Assembly: GCA_900617105.1 (NCBI GenBank) | Contig: UYFQ01000001.1 | Span: 2,170,001 to 2,234,000 of the forward strand | Source: Hydrurus foetidus | Lineage: Eukaryota | Length of the DNA: 64,000 nt | Direction of reading: 5' to 3' | The notes under the pieces: model-generated | Databases searched by the model: none | Seen by the model: the letters and a program-made list of their open reading frames with translations, nothing else | Told to the model about the DNA's origin: nothing | Position numbers and translations under genes: made by a program | Part shown: positions 57,770 through 64,000 of the stretch, piece by piece | Layout of the letters: each line of letters starts with the position of its first letter | Numbering within the stretch: position 1 is the first letter of the stretch

Positions 57770-57847
57770 TGTGTAATCCTTGAAAAGCGAAAACGTCAAT
57801 TCCGCAGATTATGCGTGCGGCACACGCATAAACACAGCTTTAAGAAC

Positions 57848-57863
57848 ATGACAACTTTGTCAT
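57848..57863. promoter_or_regulatory. perfect palindrome ATGACAA-CT-TTGTCAT, candidate operator of the lipoprotein cluster
   Basis: Read directly; about 80 nt upstream of the first gene. Confidence 0.4.
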
Positions 57864-57986
57864 TGAGTTATTGAATGTAAAACCGCGCCGGGGTAACTAG
57901 CGTTGCAGCGCGGCTGCGTGGCGGTGAATGTGGTCTGAACCCAAGGGGGGGCTGGTGGCGGCAACGTTTACCACCGGCTTAGCTAA

Positions 57987-58151
57987 ACCGACGCCTGCCG
58001 CGCGCAAGCAGTTGCCATGTACGTCACCAGCAAACGTGTGGATGCCAAACTGATGACCGCCAAAGGCTACGGCGCTACCGCGCTGATTGTTGACAACGCC
58101 ATTGCTGAGGGCAAAGCCAAAAACCGGCGGATTGAGAGCAAGAAGCAGTAA
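57987..58151 (+). pseudogene. remnant of an OmpA-family peptidoglycan-binding domain
   Basis: Translation RAQAVAMYVTSKRVDAKLMTAKGYGATALIVDNAIAEGKAKNRRIE; in-frame stop immediately upstream. Confidence 0.75.
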
Positions 58152-58215
58152 AGACAATGCTGCGGAAGCGGCGTGATTAAGGCGCCAGGCCTCTACACCC
58201 CGAACGCGCTGCCGC

Positions 58216-60297
58216 TTGAATTGCAACGCTTTTTCATTGCTTAAATTAGCCTCTTGCCCAGCAAATACGGGCGCAATCGGCTACTCTATTCATAGCAAAA
58301 TACTTGCCACTCAATTGGCCACTTGGGTTGAGTCGAAGAACCAAATCACCCGTGCCTACCTGGCTGAGCTGCCTGCACGCGATGTTTTTAAAACCCGCCT
58401 GAAACAATTGTCTGACTTTGAGCGTTTCACCATTCCCGTCTCAAAGGGCGGGCGCACCTTTTACTTTCACAATTCCGGTGTGCAAAACCAGCGCGTGCTT
58501 TACGTGCGTGACACAGTAGACGGCGCGGGGCGGGTGCTGATTGACCCGAACACCTGGGCCGCCGACGGCGCAGATGCGCTGGCCGAATGGGCGGCGTCAA
58601 ATGACGGTAGGTATGTGGCCTATGCAGTGCAAGTTAGCGGCGCTGATGCGCGCACGATCAGAGTTCTGAACGTAGACAAGGCCGCCGTGCTGCCAGATGA
58701 GATCAAATGGGCAAAGTTCACCACCATTGTTTGGGCTCCTGCCGCGGGCAAGAGCCCGCCGGGCTTTTTTTATACGCGTTTCCCCGACCCAGTTACAGAG
58801 ACAGAAACAGAATTAAAAGAAGGCGCAGCAGCTCAGGCAAAGATGCAAAACCATGCTGTTTACTTTCACGTACTCGGTACACCGCAAGCGAAAGACAGAC
58901 TGGTTTTTTCTACCCCGGAAGACCCTGTTCTGATGCACTCCCTAACCAGCACCGCAGACGGGCGTTACCTCGCCATCAACTCCATGCGTGCCACAACCGG
59001 CAGCAAGCTGACCATTATTGACACCCAAAGCGTCGGCTACAAACCGATAGCGCTGATTGACAAGTTTGACGACCAATGGGGAATCGTTGGCAACACAGGC
59101 ATCAAACTTTTCCTGATGACCAGCAAGGACGCACCGCGCTACAAGGTGCTTACCGTTGACATAGCCACAGCCAATCTAAACATGACAGCCTTGCTACTAG
59201 AGCAAGACGCGCTGATGAATGGCGCGTCACTGGTTGGCGGCCGATTGATGGTGATGTATTTGGTGGACATGAAAACGGAAGTCAGGCGCTACTCGCTTGA
59301 GGGCAAGCCTGACGGCGTTGTCAAGCTGCCCGGCATTGGGACCGCCATTGGCTTTGACGGCACGTTGGACAGCAGCGAAACCTTTTACGGCTTCGCCAGT
59401 TTTAATGCCCCCGGCGTCATTTACCGGTACGACGTGGCAACCAACACAGCACCAGTGTGGAGCGCGGCAAAAGTGGCGATTGACCTGACTCAGATTGCGG
59501 TTGAGCAACGATTTTACAAATCAAATGACGGCACGCGCGTACCGATGCTTCTGGTACGGCGCAAGAACGTGACTGGCCCGGCACCGACCCTGCTTTATGC
59601 CTACGGCGGTTACGGCCTGATTGACCCACCCGGCTTTGCGCCTGCTATGTTGGCATGGGTTGAACAAGGCGGTGTTTTTGCAGTGGCTTACGTGCGCGGC
59701 GGTGGCGAGTACGGCAGGGCATGGCACGAGGCCGGCCGCCGGCTGAACAAGCAAAACGTATTTGACGATTTCATTGCGGCCGGCGAGTATTTGAAGGCGC
59801 AGGGCATTGCGACTAGAAATGGGCTGGCCGTTCACGGCGCATCAAACGGCGGCTTGCTCATGGGTGCGGTGGTTAACCAGCGGCCAGATTTGTTCGCCGC
59901 TGCGCTGGTGCAAGTAGGCGTACTGGACATGCTGCGATTCGACAAATTCACAGCCGGTAAATTGTGGGTGGACGAGTACGGCGACCCAGCCAAAGAAGCT
60001 AACTTCCATAACCTCTATAAATATTCGCCGTATCACCACATCCAGTCTGATCAGCTCTACCCAGCGACTCTCGCCAGCACTGCCGACACCGACGACCGCG
60101 TGGTGCCAGGCCATACCTTTAAATATGTGGCAGCGCTGCAGGCGGCAGATATTGGCGACAAGCCGCATTTGGCTCGTATCGAAACCCGTGCAGGCCACGG
60201 TTCAGGTAAGCCAACCGACAAGGTAATTGAAGAAACAGCAGACATGTTTGCTTTTGCCGCGCGGTGGGCCGGGCTTGACGTGAAGGTGGTGACATGA
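58216..60297 (+). CDS. prolyl oligopeptidase (S9A), native N-terminus apparently lost (possible pseudogene)
   Basis: GASNGG, DDRVVP, AGHG triad; homology appears to begin near ATWVE, DPY.WLE segment missing. Confidence 0.8.
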   Translation: MNCNAFSLLKLASCPANTGAIGYSIHSKILATQLATWVESKNQITRAYLAELPARDVFKTRLKQLSDFERFTIPVSKGGRTFYFHNSGVQNQRVLYVRDTVDGAGRVLIDPNTWAADGADALAEWAASNDGRYVAYAVQVSGADARTIRVLNVDKAAVLPDEIKWAKFTTIVWAPAAGKSPPGFFYTRFPDPVTETETELKEGAAAQAKMQNHAVYFHVLGTPQAKDRLVFSTPEDPVLMHSLTSTADGRYLAINSMRATTGSKLTIIDTQSVGYKPIALIDKFDDQWGIVGNTGIKLFLMTSKDAPRYKVLTVDIATANLNMTALLLEQDALMNGASLVGGRLMVMYLVDMKTEVRRYSLEGKPDGVVKLPGIGTAIGFDGTLDSSETFYGFASFNAPGVIYRYDVATNTAPVWSAAKVAIDLTQIAVEQRFYKSNDGTRVPMLLVRRKNVTGPAPTLLYAYGGYGLIDPPGFAPAMLAWVEQGGVFAVAYVRGGGEYGRAWHEAGRRLNKQNVFDDFIAAGEYLKAQGIATRNGLAVHGASNGGLLMGAVVNQRPDLFAAALVQVGVLDMLRFDKFTAGKLWVDEYGDPAKEANFHNLYKYSPYHHIQSDQLYPATLASTADTDDRVVPGHTFKYVAALQAADIGDKPHLARIETRAGHGSGKPTDKVIEETADMFAFAARWAGLDVKVVT
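58243..58297 (+). repeat. two-hairpin repeat, copy 13
   Basis: AAATTAGCCTCTTGCCCAGCAAATACGGGCGCAATCGGCTACTCTATTCATAGCA. Confidence 0.85.
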
Positions 60298-60357
60298 TCG
60301 CCGTGTTAACGATGCTGTCTGTTCAGCCTTAAACAGATTACTTCAAGCGAGGTCAAT

Positions 60358-60510
60358 ATGCAAACATTCGCAATTCTCGGCTTCACCTTTGGCTTGATTG
60401 CGTTTGCAATGGTCAGCAAACTCAACAAAGAGTTCAAGAATCTAAAAAAACAAATGGAAGACATCGAAAAGCGACTTTCAGCCGCCAGAGATCTTGGCCG
60501 CACATCCTGA
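60358..60510 (+). CDS. 50-aa single-TM coiled-coil small protein
   Basis: GAGGT RBS; MQTFAILGFTFGLIAFAMVSKLNKEFKNLKKQMEDIEKRLSAARDLGRTS; below ORF-track cutoff. Confidence 0.6.
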   Translation: MQTFAILGFTFGLIAFAMVSKLNKEFKNLKKQMEDIEKRLSAARDLGRTS

Positions 60511-60525
60511 TTAAGTCAGCTCACT

Positions 60526-60873
60526 ATGCCTGGCTCGTCGCTGCTTGCGTTTTCAAGTGCCTCCGCCACTGCTTTCGCGGTGTGCGCGCTTTCGCCATGG
60601 TTGACTGGCCACAACGAACCTCGGGATGCGCCTGGCGTTTACTACTACGTTGCTTTACTTGTGGCGGGTGCAGTGTCTGGGTTGATTGCAGCAAAACCGC
60701 TTTGGGCGCATTACTTGGGCGGCATCTTCGGGCAACTGCTTTACGGGCTTTTGTTTTTACCCTTGGGGCCGCTGGCGATTGTTGGCTTGCTTTTTCTGAG
60801 CCTGTGGCCGCCGCTGGTTTTGGCTGGCACTTATGTGGGCTCTTTTATTCGCACGCGTGTTGGCAATCGCTAG
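60526..60873 (+). CDS. hypothetical 4-TM membrane protein
   Basis: Hydrophobic helices; EPRDAPGVYY loop. Confidence 0.65.
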   Translation: MPGSSLLAFSSASATAFAVCALSPWLTGHNEPRDAPGVYYYVALLVAGAVSGLIAAKPLWAHYLGGIFGQLLYGLLFLPLGPLAIVGLLFLSLWPPLVLAGTYVGSFIRTRVGNR

Positions 60874-60923
60874 TTGGCAGCTCAGCGATTCAAACAAGCT
60901 GAAAACTGCCTTTTTTGAGCATG

Positions 60924-60978
60924 TTTTAGGCCTGGGGTGCAATAAATACGGGCGCGAGCAGCTCCTGAATTAATAGTA
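60924..60978 (+). repeat. two-hairpin repeat, copy 14
   Basis: TTTAGGCCTGGGGTGCAATAAATACGGGCGCGAGCAGCTCCTGAATTAATAGTA. Confidence 0.9.
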
Positions 60979-60986
60979 ATAATTCT

Positions 60987-61658
60987 TTATTTCAGCAACT
61001 CGTACTCACCACCACGCTCAATCGCACGCTGGTAAGCGGGCCGGGCGTGGATGCGTTGCAAATAGTCCATCAGCCTCGGGCGGCTGGCGTTCAGCCCACC
61101 GCGTGCGGCTGCAGCCTCGATGGGAAAGCTCATTTGCACATCGGCGGCGGTGAACTCGTCGCCAACAAACCATGCAGACTTGCCAAGCTCTGCCTCCAGG
61201 TAGTCCAAGTGCGTATTGACCTGCGGCATGATGAACGTGCTTTTAGCTTGGCCTGAAATCGCTTTGGCAATCGGCTTGACAAAAAACGGCATTGGCGTGG
61301 TTTCAATCTTGTCAAACACCAATTTCAGCAGCAGCGGCGACATCAGCGAGCCTTCGGCGTAATGCAGCCAGTAGCGGTAGCGCAGGTAGGCGGGCTCCTC
61401 GCGTGCGGGGGCAGAGCAGCCGCCTGCGTAGCGTTCAACCAAATACTCGATGATGGCGCCTGACTCGGCAAGGGTCAAATCACCATCCGTCACCACCGGC
61501 GACTTGCCCAGCGGGTGAATGCGCTTGAGTTCGGGCGGGGCCAGCATGGTTTTTTTGTCGCGCTCGTAACGCTTGATCTCGTACGCCAGACCCAGCTCTT
61601 CCAGTAGCCACAGCACGCGTTGCGAGCGGGAATTGTTCAGGTGGTGGACAACAATCAT
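60987..61658 (-). CDS. glutathione S-transferase
   Basis: HLNNSRSQR, HPLGKSP, ESGAI, AAD N-cap; start at ATG 61658. Confidence 0.93.
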   Translation of the reverse strand: MIVVHHLNNSRSQRVLWLLEELGLAYEIKRYERDKKTMLAPPELKRIHPLGKSPVVTDGDLTLAESGAIIEYLVERYAGGCSAPAREEPAYLRYRYWLHYAEGSLMSPLLLKLVFDKIETTPMPFFVKPIAKAISGQAKSTFIMPQVNTHLDYLEAELGKSAWFVGDEFTAADVQMSFPIEAAAARGGLNASRPRLMDYLQRIHARPAYQRAIERGGEYELLK

Positions 61659-61736
61659 GGCGGGCTTTCTGGTCGATACAAAACGCCATTGTGCAGGCTG
61701 CTGGCAGGGTGATGATTGAAAGCCTAAAATGGTTTT

Positions 61737-62603
61737 GTGACTATTCAATCTGCCTCAATCCTCAATGCTGACCTGCATTGCCACTCGGTGGTGTCTGATG
61801 GAACCCTCACCCCTGAAATATTGGCGGCGCGCGCCAAAGCCAACGGCGTTGAGCTGTGGGCGCTGACAGACCACGATGAAGTGGGCGGGCAAAAGCGCGC
61901 AGCAGCGGCGGCCAAAAGTGTGGGCCTGAAGTACCTGACAGGCACTGAAATTTCAGTGACCTTTGCGGGCGAAACGGTACACATTGTTGGGCTGGGTTTT
62001 GATGCCGACAACGCGGCGTTGGTGCAAGGCCTGCACGCCACACGCAGCGGCCGCACGGAGCGCGCCAAAGAAATGTCTGACGGCCTGGCCAAGGTCGGCA
62101 TCAAAGGTGCGTACGAAGGCGCCTTGAAGTTTGTAGGCAACCCAGAGCTGATTTCACGCACTCACTTTGCCCGCTTTTTAGTTGAAAGCGGCGTGTGCAG
62201 CGAAACCAATGAAGTCTTTCGCAAGTACCTGACCGAAGGCAAACCGGGCTATGTGCCGCACCGCTGGGCGAGCTTGAAAGACGCTGTGAACTGGATCACC
62301 GGAGCAGGTGGCGTCGCCATCATTGCGCACCCGGCCCGCTACAAGTTCACGCCGAATGAAGAATACGCACTGTTCACTGAATTCAAGGCTCACGGCGGGC
62401 GTGGGGTAGAAGTCGTGACCGGCAGCCACACTGCGGCTGAATACGTGCGCTACGCCGAAACCGCAACAGAGTTTGGCATGGTCGCTTCGCGCGGCAGCGA
62501 CTTTCACAGCCCCGAAGAAAGCCGCACCGATTTAGGCGCACTGCCGTTTTTGCCGGGCGCCTTAACGCCGGTGTGGGAACTGCTGGCCGACCGGGTTCAG
62601 TGA
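61737..62603 (+). CDS. PHP-domain 3',5'-nucleoside bisphosphate phosphatase (YciV/TrpH-like)
   Basis: DLHCHS..SDG, TDHD, AHP, GSDFH. Confidence 0.92.
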   Translation: MTIQSASILNADLHCHSVVSDGTLTPEILAARAKANGVELWALTDHDEVGGQKRAAAAAKSVGLKYLTGTEISVTFAGETVHIVGLGFDADNAALVQGLHATRSGRTERAKEMSDGLAKVGIKGAYEGALKFVGNPELISRTHFARFLVESGVCSETNEVFRKYLTEGKPGYVPHRWASLKDAVNWITGAGGVAIIAHPARYKFTPNEEYALFTEFKAHGGRGVEVVTGSHTAAEYVRYAETATEFGMVASRGSDFHSPEESRTDLGALPFLPGALTPVWELLADRVQ

Positions 62604-62671
62604 CATCGGCAGCGCTGTAGCGGCCAAGACCTGATCACCTGAGCGGCATCGTGTTTGTTTGCCTCATTTTC

Positions 62672-63307
62672 ATGCCCCAACTCTTTGAAGTTCACCCCGA
62701 CAACCCGCAACCACGCTTGCTCAAGCAAGCCGCTGAGTTGCTGGAACGTGGCGGCATTGCGGCAGTGCCCACTGATTCAAGTTATGCGCTGGTTTGCCAC
62801 CTGGACGACAAAGCCGCCGCCGACGCGCTGAGGCGTATCCGCGGAGTAGACGACAAACACCACCTTACGCTGCTGTGCCGGGACTTGTCAGAACTCAGCC
62901 TGTATGCGCGCGTTGACAACAAGCAATTCCGATTGCTCAAAGCGGCAACCCCCGGCCCGTTCACTTTTATTTTGAACGCCAGCAAAGAAGTGCCGCGCCG
63001 ATTGAGCCACCCGTCGCGCAAAACCATTGGCCTGCGCGTGCCCGACCACAAAGCGCTGCAAGCCCTGCTAGAGCTGCACGGCGCACCGCTGCTGTCGACC
63101 ACGTTAATCGCCCCGGGCCAGACTGAGCCTATCAACGACGCTGACGCCATACGCAACGCCTTTGGTCACGAGCTGGCCGCCATCGTTGACGCAGGCGCCT
63201 GCTTTCATCAACCCACTACCGTTGTCGACTTGACAGGCATGGATGATGGCGGCGATCCAGTAGTGGTGCGGCTCGGCAGGGGCAACCTGGCGCTGCTCGG
63301 TCTTTGA
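62672..63307 (+). CDS. Sua5/YciO/YrdC family protein
   Basis: HPDNPQPR, PTDSSY, PGPFT, TIGLRVP, PTTVVDL. Confidence 0.92.
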   Translation: MPQLFEVHPDNPQPRLLKQAAELLERGGIAAVPTDSSYALVCHLDDKAAADALRRIRGVDDKHHLTLLCRDLSELSLYARVDNKQFRLLKAATPGPFTFILNASKEVPRRLSHPSRKTIGLRVPDHKALQALLELHGAPLLSTTLIAPGQTEPINDADAIRNAFGHELAAIVDAGACFHQPTTVVDLTGMDDGGDPVVVRLGRGNLALLGL

Positions 63308-63358
63308 ATTTCGTTGAAGCCAGACCGGCCAATGCTGCTGGTCTGAGACAATTCAACA

Positions 63359-64000
63359 ATGGATATTGCAAACGTCATTCAAACCATCGCTATTTACGCA
63401 CTGCCGGTTCTGTTCGCCATCACGCTGCACGAGGCAGCGCACGGCTACGTGGCACGCTACTTTGGCGACGACACCGCATGGGTGCTGGGCCGGGTAACGT
63501 TAAACCCGCTTAAACACATTGACCCGGTCGGCACCATTTTGATGCCCGCCATGATGTACCTGGCCACTTTCGCCATTCCCGGCGGGCCGTTTATTTTGGG
63601 CTACGCCAAACCCGTGCCCGTGCGCTTTGGCAACTTGCGTAACCCCAAACGTCACATGATTTGGGTCGCCCTGGCCGGACCCGGCATCAACTTTATTCAG
63701 GCCCTGTTGTGGGCTGTGATGTTTGTGCTGCTCGACACCACCGATGTGGCAGACGACTTTTTTGTGCAAATGGCCAAAGCCGGTATTGTGGTTAACCTGG
63801 CGTTGGCGGTACTGAATTTGTTCCCCTTACCGCCACTTGATGGCGGCCGAATCGCAGTCGGCGTGCTGCCGTGGAAGTACGGGCAATACCTCGCGCGCGT
63901 GGAGCCGTTTGGATTTTTTATTGTGCTGGGCTTGATTGTCTTCAAAGTATTTGGGCCGCTGTGGATGGAGCCGATGATGGCGCTGTCATACCGACTGTTG
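63359..64000 (+). CDS. site-2 protease (M50) family protein, 3' end runs off window
   Basis: HEAAH and NLFPLPPLDGG motifs. Confidence 0.92.
   Translation, partial: MDIANVIQTIAIYALPVLFAITLHEAAHGYVARYFGDDTAWVLGRVTLNPLKHIDPVGTILMPAMMYLATFAIPGGPFILGYAKPVPVRFGNLRNPKRHMIWVALAGPGINFIQALLWAVMFVLLDTTDVADDFFVQMAKAGIVVNLALAVLNLFPLPPLDGGRIAVGVLPWKYGQYLARVEPFGFFIVLGLIVFKVFGPLWMEPMMALSYRLL

Noticed and set aside
9308..60978. Dispersed repeat as a CRISPR array
   Set aside because: Copies are about 1 kb or more apart, in both orientations and variable, with no regular spacers and no cas genes.
1..64000. tRNA/rRNA genes, IS transposases, prophage genes
   Set aside because: None recognisable by eye; a tRNAscan-SE/Infernal run would be needed to exclude small RNAs.

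Overview
Chromosomal window from a Comamonadaceae-type betaproteobacterium (Polaromonas-like; inferred from gene content and order). The core genes include a DEAD-box helicase, orn, rsgA, rpsP-rimM-trmD-rplS, a PHO-box-preceded DUF47-pit pair, ggt, a TTT transporter, GspE/PulE, TatD, MoxR-DUF58-VWA, lolE-lolD, recJ, and PHP/YciO/site-2 protease genes. Accessory patches interrupt them. Main observations: (1) A ~55-bp two-hairpin dispersed repeat occurs 14 times. 13 copies are co-oriented with the host or upstream gene, 6 lie inside ORFs (all three sense frames), and directly repeated copies bracket accessory modules. (2) A His-rich leader protein ending in RGPP sits just upstream of a ZnuD-like TonB receptor, at the end of a zrg/PA4063-66-like operon; it is a candidate metal-sensing ribosome-arrest regulator. 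(3) An integrase-less array of three integron cassettes has a putative attI. (4) An AtcJABC-like J-domain cold-adaptation operon is coupled to lolD. (5) Two tandem ~650-aa lipoproteins of unknown function share a 291-bp near-identical N-terminal block. (6) A TMEM2/CEMIP-like G8 lipoprotein, a REP-like hairpin translated inside GGT, an orphan HEPN + BrnA pair and several pseudogenes are also present. All calls come from reading motifs by eye; no database searches were run.
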